This document shows, in pieces, positions 50,037 to 60,848 of a DNA stretch of 64,000 nt. The first letter of the stretch is position 1; each line of letters opens with the position of its first letter. Below the pieces are notes generated by a model that was given only the letters and a program-made list of their open reading frames with translations, had not been told where the DNA came from and did no database searches. A program made the position numbers and the translations under genes. Location: contig CAVQXP010000004.1 in the NCBI GenBank assembly GCA_963717935.1, forward strand, positions 1,369,280-1,433,279, in the 5' to 3' direction. This stretch comes from Candidatus Eiseniibacteriota bacterium (lineage in GTDB: Bacteria; Eisenbacteria; RBG-16-71-46).

Positions 50037-50068
50037 AGCCGGTCTCGCTCGCGACGCGGAGGAGGCAA

Positions 50069-50938
50069 ATGACCATGCTGGCACCGTCCTCCCACGAGGG
50101 CCGGTCTGAGCGAAGTGACCTGTCTCCGCGGTTCTGGGACCAGGTTCGCCACAGCCGGCACCGCCTGCTGATGCTGGACTACGACGGCACCCTGGCGCCC
50201 TTTCGTGTGCAACGCAGCCAGGCGCGGATCCCGCCTCCGACACTTGCGGTTCTCCGCAGGCTCGTATCGAGCGGAACGACGAGGATCGCGATCGTCTCCG
50301 GTCGGCAGGTCCAGGAACTCGAGAGATTGACCGGCGGGCTTCCCGTGCGCCTGATCGGAGAGCATGGGTGGGAGGAGCGCTCCCCCGGAGGCGCGGTCCT
50401 GCGAAGAAGGCTGCCTCCGGGGGTGGCGCGGTGTCTGGAACAGGCGTCCCGGGCCGCCAGGGCCAGCGGTTGGGGCCCCCATCTCGAGTGCAAGCGCAGT
50501 TCGCTCGTGCTGCATACTCGCGGGCTCCCCGCAGACGAGGCCCGTGAGCTCGAGTTCGCCTGCGGGAGGTTGTGGAGGTCCTTCTTCGAGCGCGATGGCA
50601 TTCGTCTGCAGCGGATCGACGGCGGGATTACGCTGCGCGCGTTCCACCGGCACAAGGGCACGGCGGTCGCGGAGCTGGTCGCCGGCTTGCTCCCGGGCAC
50701 GCTCGCCGTCTACCTTGGCGACGATACCGCGGATGAGGATGCCTTCCACGAACTCCTTGACTGTGGCGTGGCGATTCACGTGGGGGCAACGACTCGCTCC
50801 TCGGCGGCCCGCTTTCATCTGGGGTCCACGGACGATGTCCTCTCCTTTCTCGAACGGTGGGAGGCGACGATGCGGGACGGGGAAGCGGTGTCCGGCGCGC
50901 ATGCGTGCGGGACGCGCTCGATCGGCGGCCGGACATGA
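50069..50938 (+). CDS. otsB: Trehalose-6-phosphate phosphatase OtsB paralogue
   Basis: ATG 50069 with GGAGGAGG RBS (alt GTG 50033); HRLLMLDYDGTLAPF, GDDTADEDAF; 289 aa. Confidence 0.8.
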   Translation: MTMLAPSSHEGRSERSDLSPRFWDQVRHSRHRLLMLDYDGTLAPFRVQRSQARIPPPTLAVLRRLVSSGTTRIAIVSGRQVQELERLTGGLPVRLIGEHGWEERSPGGAVLRRRLPPGVARCLEQASRAARASGWGPHLECKRSSLVLHTRGLPADEARELEFACGRLWRSFFERDGIRLQRIDGGITLRAFHRHKGTAVAELVAGLLPGTLAVYLGDDTADEDAFHELLDCGVAIHVGATTRSSAARFHLGSTDDVLSFLERWEATMRDGEAVSGAHACGTRSIGGRT

Positions 50939-51978
50939 ACCGTGAGGACGTGATCCGCTGGCTGCTCGGGGCCGCCATCGCAGCGGGCACCTGGCTCGTC
51001 GGCTGGCTGGTGCGCCGGTTCGCCATGGGGCGCCTGGCGCGGCTCCTCCGTCACACGCCGACCAACCTCGACGACATCGTGCTCGAGGTGCTTCGGCCTC
51101 ATGTCCCGGTCTGGTTCCTCCTGCTCGGCGTCGTGGCCGCCGCGCGATTCGTCGAACCCGGAGCCCCGGCGCTCGCGATCGTGGACCGGGCGAGCCTGAT
51201 CGTGGTGATCGCCTCGCTGACGTTGGCCACGTCTTCGTTCCTCTCGCGGCTGATCGCGAGCGGTGCCGCCCGCTGGCCCGAGACGCTGCCCGCGACCACG
51301 CTGACCCAGAACGCCGTGCGGATCGCGATCGTGGGGCTCGGCCTCCTGGTCGTCCTCTCGAACCTGGGCATCGCCGTCACGCCGCTCCTCACGGCGCTCG
51401 GCGTGGGTTCCCTGGCGGTGGCGCTGGCGCTGCAACCCACGCTCTCGAATCTCTTCGCCGGCTTCCACATCTCGTTCGCCCGGCAGATCCGCGTGGGGGA
51501 CTACGTCGAGCTCGAGTCCGGGCAGCAGGGGTACGTCACGGACATCGGCTGGCGCTCCACGCAGATCCGCGAGCTTCCCAACAACATGATCATCGTGCCG
51601 AACGCGCGGATCGCGGAGATCATCCTGAAGAACTACGCGCTCCCCGAGAAGGAGCAGGCGGCGCTCGTGCAGGTGGGCGTGAGCTACGGATCGAGTCTCC
51701 CGGTGGTCGAGCAGGTGACCATCGAGGTCGCGCGCGAGGTGCAGCGCAGCGTGCCCGGAGCGGTCCCCGATTTCGAGCCGTTCGTCCGCTTTCACACCTT
51801 CGGCGACTCGTCCGTCAACTTCACGGTGATCCTCCGCGTGAAGGAATACGTCGACCGCCACCTGGTCACGCACGAGTTCGTGAAGCGGCTGCATCAGCGA
51901 TATTTGGCGGAGGGGATCGAGATCCCGTTCCCGCAACGGGTCGTGCATATCGCTTCCGCGGTTCCCGGGGAGTGTTAG
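50935..51978 (+). CDS. Small-conductance mechanosensitive channel MscS family
   Basis: ATG 50935 overlapping otsB stop (ATGA); TM3-like LGVGSLAVALALQPTLSNLFAGFHISFARQIRVGDYVE; 347 aa. Confidence 0.9.
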   Translation: MNREDVIRWLLGAAIAAGTWLVGWLVRRFAMGRLARLLRHTPTNLDDIVLEVLRPHVPVWFLLLGVVAAARFVEPGAPALAIVDRASLIVVIASLTLATSSFLSRLIASGAARWPETLPATTLTQNAVRIAIVGLGLLVVLSNLGIAVTPLLTALGVGSLAVALALQPTLSNLFAGFHISFARQIRVGDYVELESGQQGYVTDIGWRSTQIRELPNNMIIVPNARIAEIILKNYALPEKEQAALVQVGVSYGSSLPVVEQVTIEVAREVQRSVPGAVPDFEPFVRFHTFGDSSVNFTVILRVKEYVDRHLVTHEFVKRLHQRYLAEGIEIPFPQRVVHIASAVPGEC

Positions 51979-52353
51979 GATACGGGCCGGGCTTCTCCCA
52001 CGCGCGGCGTCGCGATCGGGGGGGCCGAGAGGAGGACCGCTGGATGATGCGCGGCGTCGGTGTCATGCTCGTCGTCATCCTCTCACCGGCCTACCACGCG
52101 GTTTGCGACGCGAACGCGCCGATCCTGTCGACGGAGCCCGCCGGGCCCCGGCCGGCGCCTTCCGGGTTCCGTATCCGCAACCCGGGATAGGCGCGCGAAT
52201 CCGATGCGGAGGGAACCGCCCGGGCACGTCGCCAGCCAGCCAGCACGTCCAGAGGAGGTGGGTCTCGTGGCCGGAACCTCAGGACCACCAGCCCGGGAGC
52301 CCGGAGGGTGCTCCCACGCGCGGGGCGGGAGGGCGGTGTCCCTCGGAACACTG

Positions 52354-54108
52354 ATGGCGCTGCTGGCGGCCGGGATCCTGACGATCGGGATCGCGCGCGC
52401 CGACGGCGTCCGCGACGGAGACCGGGCCTTCGAGGCGGGCCGGATCGAGGACGCGTTGAGATCCTACGAGCAGGCCGCCCGCGCGGGGAGCGCGGGAGGC
52501 CAGGCCGGGATCGGGCGGGTCTTCCTGCGGCGGGGCCGGTACGAGAAGGCGATGGAAGCCTTCCGTCGCGCGCAGGAGTTGGACCCGGACCTGGCGTTGG
52601 CCTACTACGGGGAGGGCGAGGTGCTTCGGCGCCAGGGCAGGTGCGCCGAGGCCATCCCGGCTTACGAGCGAGCGACCCGGATCAACCGCAAGTTCCCCGA
52701 GGCGCAACTCGGCCTGGGCAACTGCCTCGTCGCCACGGGGCAGTTCGACCGGGGCATCGCGGAACTGGACAAGGGACTCGCGCGGGGACGGACGTGGGCG
52801 CCGCGGTTCCTGGTCGCGCGCGGAACGGCATGGATGTCGCGCGACTCCCTCCGGCGCGCGGGAATCGACTTCACGCGGGCGCGCGAGCTGGCGCCCGGCG
52901 ACCCCTCGGTCCGAAGGGCCATCGGGGACTTCTACGTGCAACGGGGCACCTGGGCACTGGCGATCCCCGAGCTGAGGGCCGCCGTGGCTCTCGATTCCAG
53001 CGACGCCGAGGCGCTGCACTCGCTCGCCCGGGCGCTCTTCTACACCCAGGACTACGACCAGGCGTTGGCGACCTATCGGTTGCTGACCACACGGTCCCCC
53101 GACTTTGCACCCGGGCAGCTCGGCCTGGGCGACCTCCTCTATCGCGCGGGGCCGGCCGATCCCCGGCGATACGCCGAGGCGAGGGGGCCGCTGGAGGAGT
53201 ACGTGCGGCTGGAACCCGATGACCCGAGAGGGTGGAGTCTTCTGGGACGCACCGGCTACCACCTGGGAGAGCGCGACACCGCGCTCGCCCGGATGCTCGA
53301 GGCGGAGCGGCTCGGGGACCAGAGCAAGGAGCTCCACCTCACGATGGGACTGGCCTATGCCAATCAGAGGGAATGGGACAAGGCGCTTGTCTCCCTCGAG
53401 AAGGGCGAGCCCGGGCCCCGCGAGTATCCGCTCCTCGCGCAGATCTACGACGTCACGGGGCATCCCCTGCAGGCCGACTCCGTCTACGGGCTCGTTCTTG
53501 CCCGGGACTCCACGTCGGCGGCGGCCGCCTTCGCCTTCAACCAGCGCGGGAAGCTCCACTTCCGGACCCAGGACTACGCCGGCGCCGAGCGTCTGCTCGA
53601 GCGCGCGACCTTCCTCGAGCCGGGGAACGGCGAAGCCTGGTTCTATCGCGGCCTCTCCCTGCGGGAGCTGGACCGTGATCCGGAGGCCCTGCATGCGCTT
53701 CGGGAAGCAGCCGCGATCGACACGGGCAAGGCCGACCGGTACTTCTGGCTCGGCGTACTCGCGGACCGCCAGAAGCAGACCGGTGACGCGCGGGTGGCAT
53801 TCCGCAGGGCGGTCGATCTCGATTCGACGAGCCAGCTGGCGAGCAAGTCCTACCGGCAGCTTGGATACTACCGGTTGCTGAAGAAGGAGTGGAGGGCCGC
53901 ACTCCCGCTCCTGCAGCGGGCGGTGGCGCTCGATGAGCAGGATGCGCAGGCATGGCTCTGGCTCGCGCAGGCCCAGCAGAACGCGGGCAGTCGCGAGAAG
54001 GCCCGGGAATGTTACGAGCGTGTTCTCGTGCTCGATCCGGCCAGCGCCGCAGCCAGAAAGGGACTGAAGACACTCGGGGGTTCTCTTCCGGCGTCACCAC
54101 GCAGGTAG
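52354..54108 (+). CDS. Secreted tetratricopeptide-repeat protein (start uncertain; in-frame alternatives 52204/52060)
   Basis: Signal-peptide-like MALLAAGILTIGIARA; ≥12 TPR units (AxxxYxxA/LG patterns) through 54108. Confidence 0.7.
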   Translation: MALLAAGILTIGIARADGVRDGDRAFEAGRIEDALRSYEQAARAGSAGGQAGIGRVFLRRGRYEKAMEAFRRAQELDPDLALAYYGEGEVLRRQGRCAEAIPAYERATRINRKFPEAQLGLGNCLVATGQFDRGIAELDKGLARGRTWAPRFLVARGTAWMSRDSLRRAGIDFTRARELAPGDPSVRRAIGDFYVQRGTWALAIPELRAAVALDSSDAEALHSLARALFYTQDYDQALATYRLLTTRSPDFAPGQLGLGDLLYRAGPADPRRYAEARGPLEEYVRLEPDDPRGWSLLGRTGYHLGERDTALARMLEAERLGDQSKELHLTMGLAYANQREWDKALVSLEKGEPGPREYPLLAQIYDVTGHPLQADSVYGLVLARDSTSAAAAFAFNQRGKLHFRTQDYAGAERLLERATFLEPGNGEAWFYRGLSLRELDRDPEALHALREAAAIDTGKADRYFWLGVLADRQKQTGDARVAFRRAVDLDSTSQLASKSYRQLGYYRLLKKEWRAALPLLQRAVALDEQDAQAWLWLAQAQQNAGSREKARECYERVLVLDPASAAARKGLKTLGGSLPASPRR

Positions 54109-54263
54109 CCGAGCGGAACGGCCATCTCCAGCCGAGTCCCGCTCGGGAGGGCCGCCTGCCGTTCGCCGCTCTTCACGGAGGAGCAGCGCGACCGATGCCG
54201 AATGCAGCGTGGCCGCGCGCGCGGCCGACGCCGACGGCACGGAACGAAAGCGAGGGCATCACG

Positions 54264-55400
54264 ATGGCGATTCTCACTCGAGACCGGCTCCAGCCGCTGC
54301 TGAAGGTGGGGTCACGCCCCTGCATCTCTCTGTACATGCCGACGCACCGCCACCATCCCGGGACGGAGCAGGACCCCATCCGCTTCAGGAACGCTCTCAA
54401 GGAGGCCGAGCGGCTGTTGTCCGACCGCCATTCCCCGCAGGAGATTCGCAGCCTCCTCGACCCGGTGGAGGCCCTGCCGAACGTCGAGTTCTGGCGTCAT
54501 CAGGCCGATGGGCTTGCGATCCTGCGCTCCCCGGACGTGCTGGAACAATTCCGGGTCCCGTTGAGCATGCCCGAACTCGTCGTGGTCGCGGAGAGCTTCC
54601 ATGTCAGGCCACTGATCCGTTGCCTCAACTCGAACGAGCGCTACTTCCTGATCGCGATCACCCAGAACGGGGTCGGGGTGTACGAGGGGGCGATGACCTC
54701 CCTGACACCCACCGAGGTCCCGGGCCTGCCGGGCGGCCTGTCCGAGTTCTCGAGCAAGAAGAGGCGCGGCACGGCCCTGAGCGCGCATGCGACCGGTCGT
54801 GGCAGCGGCAGCCGTCAGGTGCATGCCGCCGGGGGTGCCGGGGCCCCACCGGAGGAGGTCCTCCTCCCGTTCTTCCGCGCGATCGATCGGGCCCTGCAGC
54901 GCGCGCTCCGGCACGACACGGCTCCCGTGATCCTCGCCGGAGTCGAGTACTACCTGCCCATCTACCGGCAGGTCAGTCACCTGAAGCGCCTGGCGGACGT
55001 GATCGTCACCGGCAGCCCGGATGCGATGACTCTGGATGAGCTTCGATCCAGAGCCTGGCCCGTCGCCGAGACCGTCTTGCGCGGGAACGAGGACCGAGCG
55101 CTCGAGAAGTACTGGCGCGCCGCCGAGCGAGGGCGCACCCGGGAGCCCCTCGAGGACATCGTTCGCGAGGCCCGGCGCGGCCGGGTCCGGCGCCTCTTCC
55201 TCGCATCCGGGGTCCGGATCTGGGGAACGGTCGACCCGAACACCGGTCACATCCACCGGACGTCCGCACAGCAAGGCAGCCACGACGACGACGTCCTCGA
55301 TGACGTGGCCGAAGCCGTGTTCCTGTACGGTGGTGACGTGATCACTCTTCCGGCCGAGCGCATGCCGAATGCGCAGGAGGTGGCGGCCGAGTTGCGCTGA
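54264..55400 (+). CDS. Hypothetical protein, possibly eRF1/Dom34-like 'baeRF' family
   Basis: ATG 54264 inside ORF 53952..55400. N-terminal PCISLYMPT, Gly-rich central loop HATGRGSGSRQVHAAGGAG, and C-terminal RRLFLASG...VFLYGGDVITL resemble baeRF proteins. This assignment is by recall only. Confidence 0.3.
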   Translation: MAILTRDRLQPLLKVGSRPCISLYMPTHRHHPGTEQDPIRFRNALKEAERLLSDRHSPQEIRSLLDPVEALPNVEFWRHQADGLAILRSPDVLEQFRVPLSMPELVVVAESFHVRPLIRCLNSNERYFLIAITQNGVGVYEGAMTSLTPTEVPGLPGGLSEFSSKKRRGTALSAHATGRGSGSRQVHAAGGAGAPPEEVLLPFFRAIDRALQRALRHDTAPVILAGVEYYLPIYRQVSHLKRLADVIVTGSPDAMTLDELRSRAWPVAETVLRGNEDRALEKYWRAAERGRTREPLEDIVREARRGRVRRLFLASGVRIWGTVDPNTGHIHRTSAQQGSHDDDVLDDVAEAVFLYGGDVITLPAERMPNAQEVAAELR

Positions 55401-55429
55401 CCGCCAGGGCACAACCTCGGACTCAGACC

Positions 55430-56740
55430 ATGGGCATGACCACGAATCGGCTGGGAATCCTGGTGGCGAGCGGCGCGATCGCGTTGCTGGCACTGGCCTG
55501 CGCTCCCTCGCGGCCGGCGCGGGAGCGGGGCGCGACGCTCACGGTGATGCTGCCTCCAAGCGAGCGGCCCTTCTGGGAACCGATCGCTCGCGGCTTCGAG
55601 TGGGACCATCCTGGAACCCGCGTGGATCTCGTCGAAGGCCCGCAATCCACCGATCTGCGCGAGAACCTCTACACGGCTTCGTTGCTGGCCGGGGACCCGA
55701 CGTTCGACCTCGTCTACATGGACGTGACCTGGACGCCGAAGTTCGCCGCGGCCGGCTGGCTGCTGCCGCTCGACCCATGGCTCCCCGACGTCGAGCGGCG
55801 GCGATTCCTTCCGGCCGCGCTCGCCGCGGGGGAGTACCAGGGCAGGCTCTATCGCGTACCGGTGCGCACCGACGTCGGACTGCTCTACTTCCGCCGGGAC
55901 CTGCTCGAGCGGGCCGGACTCCCCCCTCCGCGCAGCTTCGTGGAGCTGACGCGGACGGCCCGGGCCCTCCAGTCCCCACCCGGGATCTGGGGCTTCGTCT
56001 GGCAGGGCAAGCAATACGAGGGTCTGGTCTGCGCCTACCTGGAGGTGCTTCGCGGCCAGGGCGGGTTCTGGGTGGATCCTGTCTCGCTCGCGGTCGGGCT
56101 CGACCGTCCCGAGGCGGTGGCCGCTCTGTCGTTCCTCGCGCTCTGCCTTCGCCAGGAGCCCATCAGCCCGCCCGGCAGCACGACCTACCAGGAGGAGGAG
56201 AGCCGCCGGCTGTTCCAGGATGGACGAGCGGTCTTCCTGCGCAACTGGCCCTACGTGTGGCAGCTTGCGCAGTCGGCCGGGTCGCCGGTACGCGGGCGGA
56301 TCGGCGTCCTGCCCATGGTGCACGCCCCCGGTGGGCGGCCCGCCGGCACTCTGGGTGGGTGGGGACTCGGCATCTCGGCTTTCAGCGGCCAGGCCCAGCT
56401 CGCCATGGAGTTCATCCGCGCCGTCACGTCGCTCGACGGCCAGCGGGCGCTGTGTGCGCCGACGGGCTACGCCCCCGCGCTCCAGGATGCGTACGCGGAC
56501 CCCGAGCTGCTGGCGGCGAATCCGTTTCTGGCGGAGCTCGAGAGGCTCCATGCGAACGCCGTGGCCCGGCCGTCCATCGCCCGGTACGCGCTCGCCTCCG
56601 ACATCCTGCAGCGGCATCTGAGCGCCGTGCTCTCGGGCAGCGACGAGCCGGAGCACGCGTTGCGCGCGGCGGCCCGCGAGACCCGGGCGATGCTGGGCGT
56701 CCCCCGGGGCCGGAAGCTGCGAGCGGGTCCGGCCTCATGA
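55430..56740 (+). CDS. ABC transporter substrate-binding lipoprotein, carbohydrate family (SBP family 1)
   Basis: Lipobox LALACA; 436 aa; first gene of SBP-permease-permease-ATPase operon. Confidence 0.85.
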   Translation: MGMTTNRLGILVASGAIALLALACAPSRPARERGATLTVMLPPSERPFWEPIARGFEWDHPGTRVDLVEGPQSTDLRENLYTASLLAGDPTFDLVYMDVTWTPKFAAAGWLLPLDPWLPDVERRRFLPAALAAGEYQGRLYRVPVRTDVGLLYFRRDLLERAGLPPPRSFVELTRTARALQSPPGIWGFVWQGKQYEGLVCAYLEVLRGQGGFWVDPVSLAVGLDRPEAVAALSFLALCLRQEPISPPGSTTYQEEESRRLFQDGRAVFLRNWPYVWQLAQSAGSPVRGRIGVLPMVHAPGGRPAGTLGGWGLGISAFSGQAQLAMEFIRAVTSLDGQRALCAPTGYAPALQDAYADPELLAANPFLAELERLHANAVARPSIARYALASDILQRHLSAVLSGSDEPEHALRAAARETRAMLGVPRGRKLRAGPAS

Positions 56741-57624
56741 GAGCCAGGGTCTGGACCAGGGAGCGCCTGCTCCTGCTCGTGCCCGCGCTGCTGCTGCTGG
56801 CGCTGGTCGTGGCGCTCCCCATCCTCCGCGTCGTGCAGCTCAGCCTGTGCCGGGTGGAGCTCCACGGGGGGATCGTCACGCAATGGGCCGGGCTCGACCA
56901 GTTCTGGCGGCTCTGGCAGGACGGCCGGTGGTGGGCCGCGCTTCGCAACACCGCGTTGTTCACTGCCCTGTCGGTGGCGCTCGAGATGGCACTGGGCATC
57001 GCCTTCGCTCTGCTGCTCCACCAGCGCTTCCGGGGCCGGGGCGGCGTGCGGGCCCTGATGATGCTGCCCTGGGCCTTGCCGACCGCCGTGATGGCCCTGG
57101 CCTGGGCGTGGATCTTCAACGACTCGTTCGGCGTGCTCAACGACCTGCTCGAACATCTGGGACTCATCGCGCGCCCGGTGGCCTGGCTGGGCGGGCCGGC
57201 CACCGCGATGCTGGCGCTGGTGATCGCGGACGTATGGAAGACCACTCCCTTCGTCGCGCTCATCGTGCTGGCGGGGCTGCAGGGCATCCCGGAGCAGGTG
57301 CTGGAGGCGGCCCGCGTGGATGGTCTGTCCGCGGGACAGCGGCTGAGGCGGGTGGTGCTGCCGCTGCTGGCGCCCTCGCTGCTCGTGGCCCTCGCCTTCC
57401 GCACGGTGCAGGCCTACGGGGCCTTCGACCTGCCCTACGTCATGACGGGTGGTGGCCCGGGAGGGGCGACCGAGACGGTGGCCCTGTACGCGTACCAGAA
57501 CTACTTCCGCTATCTCGAGTTCGGGTACGGGTCCGCCGTCGCCGTGCAGGGGGCCCTGCTGGCCGCCCTGCTGGTGGCCGCGATGATGAGCCTCGCGGGC
57601 GCGCGGGAACGGAGGGGGACGTGA
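56737..57624 (+). CDS. Sugar ABC transporter permease (MalF/UgpA-like)
   Basis: ATG 56737 overlapping SBP stop; EAA-type loop EAARVDGLSAGQRLRRVVLPLL; 295 aa in ORF 55369..57624. Confidence 0.85.
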   Translation: MRARVWTRERLLLLVPALLLLALVVALPILRVVQLSLCRVELHGGIVTQWAGLDQFWRLWQDGRWWAALRNTALFTALSVALEMALGIAFALLLHQRFRGRGGVRALMMLPWALPTAVMALAWAWIFNDSFGVLNDLLEHLGLIARPVAWLGGPATAMLALVIADVWKTTPFVALIVLAGLQGIPEQVLEAARVDGLSAGQRLRRVVLPLLAPSLLVALAFRTVQAYGAFDLPYVMTGGGPGGATETVALYAYQNYFRYLEFGYGSAVAVQGALLAALLVAAMMSLAGARERRGT

Positions 57625-58484
57625 GGAGCGCCGTCCCGAGGGCCGGAGGAGGCCGCGCGCGCCTGGCCGGAGGACTGCTCGCGCTGGCCGTCGCGCTGCT
57701 GCTGGCGTGGAGCCTGGCGCCGGCGATCTGGCAGGCCCTCACGGCGCTCAAGCCGGACGCCCAGATCACGCACGTGCCCACGATCTACCTGCCGCACCCG
57801 CCGACCTGGCGACACGTCGCGGCCCTGTGGGAGCGCAAGCCCTTCGGGCTCTACCTGGCGAACAGCGCCTGGGTCTCGGCCTGGGCGACCGTGCTGTGCC
57901 TGGGCGTCGCCTCGCTGGCCGCGGCGGCCCTCGCGCGGCTTCCGGGCCGCGGCCGCGAAGGGCTCCTGCTGGCCCTGCTGGTGGTCTCCCTGTTCCCGCC
58001 CATCCTTCTGCTCTTCCCTCTCTACGAGGGCGTGCGGGCGGTCGGTTGGATCAATCACCCGCTGGCCCTCGTGCTGCCGTACGCCGCACTGAACCTGCCG
58101 CTCGCCGTGTGGGTGCTGGAGAGCGCGCTGCGCGCCCTGCCGGTCGAACTCGACGAGGCCGCGCGGCTCGATGGCCTGCCCGCGCTGGGACGCCTGTGGC
58201 GCATCCACCTGCCCCTCGCGCTGCCGTCGCTGGCGACGGCGGGGATCCTGGTCTTCATCTTCTGCTGGAACGAGTTCATGCTGTCCCTGACCTTCATGAC
58301 GCGCGACGCGAACAAGACCGTGACCGCGGGGATCGCCAGCGTCAGCGGCGCCTCGCTCTACGAGATCCCCTGGGGCCAGTTGTCGGCCGCGATCGTCATC
58401 GCCACCGCACCGCTGATCGCCCTGGTACTGTTGTTCCAGCGGCGGATCGTCTCGGGGCTGACCCGGGGCGCGCTCAAGGGCTAG
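57621..58484 (+). CDS. Sugar ABC transporter permease (MalG/UgpE-like)
   Basis: GTG 57621 overlapping upstream stop; DEAARLDGLPALGRLWRIHLPLALP; 287 aa in ORF 56847..58484. Confidence 0.85.
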   Translation: MRSAVPRAGGGRARLAGGLLALAVALLLAWSLAPAIWQALTALKPDAQITHVPTIYLPHPPTWRHVAALWERKPFGLYLANSAWVSAWATVLCLGVASLAAAALARLPGRGREGLLLALLVVSLFPPILLLFPLYEGVRAVGWINHPLALVLPYAALNLPLAVWVLESALRALPVELDEAARLDGLPALGRLWRIHLPLALPSLATAGILVFIFCWNEFMLSLTFMTRDANKTVTAGIASVSGASLYEIPWGQLSAAIVIATAPLIALVLLFQRRIVSGLTRGALKG

Positions 58485-58486
58485 CC

Positions 58487-59566
58487 ATGACCGAACTGCA
58501 GGGCCGGGACCTGACCAAGATCTTCCCTGACGGGACCCGCGCGCTCGACGGGGTCTCCTTCGTGGCGCGCCCCGGGCGCGTGCTGACCCTGCTGGGGCCT
58601 TCGGGTTGTGGCAAGTCGACGCTGCTGCGCATCGTGGCCGGGCTCGACCGCGCCACGTCCGGGACCCTTCGCCTGGACGGCGAGTGTCTTGACGACGTCC
58701 CCGCCGGGCGGCGCGGTGTAGGGCTGGTGTTCCAGAACTACGCCCTCTACCCTCATCTCACCGTGCGGGGCAACCTGTCGCTGGCGCTCGAGACACAGCG
58801 GGTCCCGCGTCGGGAGGTGACCGCGCGCGTGCGCGAGACCGCTGCGCTGCTCGGCATCCTGGAGCTCCTCGAGCGGCGCCCGGGGCAGCTGTCCGGGGGC
58901 CAGCAGCAACGCGTGGCGCTGGGGCGCGCGCTGGTGCGCAGGCCGCGCCTGTATCTGCTCGACGAGCCGCTCTCGAACCTGGACGCGCTGCTGCGGGAGG
59001 GCATGCGGGCCGAGCTGAAGGCCCTCTTCGCGCGCGTCGGCGCGACGGTGATCTACGTGACGCACGATCAGACCGAGGCGATGAGCCTGTCGGACGACCT
59101 GGCCGTGATGCGCTCGGGACGGATCCTCCAGTGTGGAGCGCCGCTCGAGGTCTACCGGCGGCCAGCCGACGTGTTCGTCGCCACCTTCGTCGGCAGCCCG
59201 CGCATGACGGTCTGGCACGGGCACCGCGATGGAGACGCGCTCGCGTGCCGCGGCGTACGGGTGCCGGTGCCGGCCGGCCTGCAAACCGGGGGCCGGCTCG
59301 CCGTGGGCATCCGGCCGGAGGACGCCGAGGTCTCGCCCCGTCCCCTGGAGGGAGGGTGGGCGGCGCAGCGCACGGTGATGGAGCCCCTGGGGTCGAGAGT
59401 GCTGATCACCGTGAGAGTCGGGGGCGAGGACGCGCGGGTCCTGGTGGAGCCGGCCGACTGGCCGGAGGCCCTGTGGATGCGCTGGCCACCCGGTCGACTA
59501 CACTGGTTCGATGCCGAGAGCGGCGCGCGGCTCGACGCCACGGACCACGGGCGGGAGAGGATCTGA
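58487..59566 (+). CDS. Sugar ABC transporter ATP-binding protein (MalK/UgpC-like)
   Basis: ATG 58487; Walker A GPSGCGKST, signature LSGGQQQRVALGRAL, Walker B LYLLDEP; 359 aa in ORF 57707..59566. Confidence 0.9.
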   Translation: MTELQGRDLTKIFPDGTRALDGVSFVARPGRVLTLLGPSGCGKSTLLRIVAGLDRATSGTLRLDGECLDDVPAGRRGVGLVFQNYALYPHLTVRGNLSLALETQRVPRREVTARVRETAALLGILELLERRPGQLSGGQQQRVALGRALVRRPRLYLLDEPLSNLDALLREGMRAELKALFARVGATVIYVTHDQTEAMSLSDDLAVMRSGRILQCGAPLEVYRRPADVFVATFVGSPRMTVWHGHRDGDALACRGVRVPVPAGLQTGGRLAVGIRPEDAEVSPRPLEGGWAAQRTVMEPLGSRVLITVRVGGEDARVLVEPADWPEALWMRWPPGRLHWFDAESGARLDATDHGRERI

Positions 59567-59567
59567 C

Positions 59568-60848
59568 ATGGTCGAACCCACGATCCTGCGTGAGGACGTC
59601 AGGGAGCAACTGGACACCATCGGCGGGGCCGACATCGTCGTCGGCATCCCGTCTTACAACAACGCCCGCACCATCGCCCACGTCGTCCAGGCGGTGACGG
59701 CGGGGCTGGCCAAGTACTTCCCGACGCGACGCGCCGTGCTGGTCAACTCCGACGGTGGCTCCAAGGACGGCACGCCGGCGCTGGTGGCGAGCGCCGAACT
59801 CGGGACGACCCGGGCCATCCTCCTGACCCAACCGCCGCCGCCGGTCCACAAGGTCATCACGGCGTACCAGGGCCTGCCGGGGAAGGGCAGTGCCTTCCGC
59901 ACCATCTTCGAGATCGCGCACCGCCTGGAGGCCCGCGCCTGCGCGGTCGTCGATTCCGACCTCCGGAGCATCACGCCGGAGTGGCTCCAGCTCCTGCTGG
60001 CCCCGGTGACGGATGAGGGCTTCGACTATGTCTGTCCGCTCTACGCGCGGCACAAGTTCGACGGCACGATCACGAATTCCATCGTCTATCCCCTGGTCCG
60101 TGCCCTCTACGGGCGCCGCATCCGGCAGCCCATCGGCGGGGACTTCGGCTTCTCGGGGCGGCTGGCCGCGCACTTCCTCCGCCACGACGTCTGGCAGAGC
60201 GACGTGGCGCGTTTCGGGATCGACATCTGGATGACGACCACGGCGCTGGTGGGCGACTTCCGCGTGTGCCAGTCCTACCTGGGCGCGAAGATCCACGACG
60301 CGAAGGACCCCGGGGCCCACCTGAGCACGATGCTCATGCAGGTCACCGGCTCGCTGTTCGCCCAGGTGGAGGCCCACGCACAGCACTGGCTCGGCGTGGA
60401 AGGCTCCGAGCCGGTGCCCGAGTTCGGCTTCCGCTATGAGGTCGGACTCGAGCCGGTCGCCGTGGATGTCGGGCGGATGGTCCGCGCCTACGACCAGGGT
60501 GTGCGGGACTTCGTCTCCCTGTACGCCCAGTTCCTCGACGCGGAGACCCGCCGCGACCTCGAGAGGCTCGCCGGGCAGGCGCCCGGGACGTTCCGATGCC
60601 GACGGACCTCTGGGTGCGGACGATCTACGCGTTCGCGCTCGCCTACCACCTGCGGCGCCTGAACCCGGAGCACCTGCTGCGAGAGTCTCACGCCGCTCTA
60701 CCTCGGGCGCACGGCGTCCTGGGTCAACCAGGCCGCCGACTACGGGGCCGAGGAAGTGGAAGTCGAGCTGAACGCGCTGTGCGAGCGCTTCGAGGCGCTC
60801 AAACCACATCTCGCCGACGCCTGGCGGGAAGGGAGGATGCCATCATGA
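59568..60848 (+). pseudogene. GT81-like glucosyl/mannosyl-3-phosphoglycerate synthase-family glycosyltransferase; C-terminal region carries a compensating pair of frameshifts (~60590 and ~60690) with an in-frame stop at 60660-60662
   Basis: GGAGAGGA RBS + ATG 59568. DIVVGIPSYNN...LPGKGSAF...VVDSDLRS motifs are present. True continuation MPTDLWVRTIYAFALAYHLRRLNPEHLL is in the ORF 60596 frame. The C-terminus PLYLGRTASWVNQAADYGAEEVEVELNALCERFEALKPHLADAWREGRMPS* is back in the original frame and ends at TGA 60846-60848, overlapping the next ATG. Family call is by architecture/recall. Confidence 0.4.
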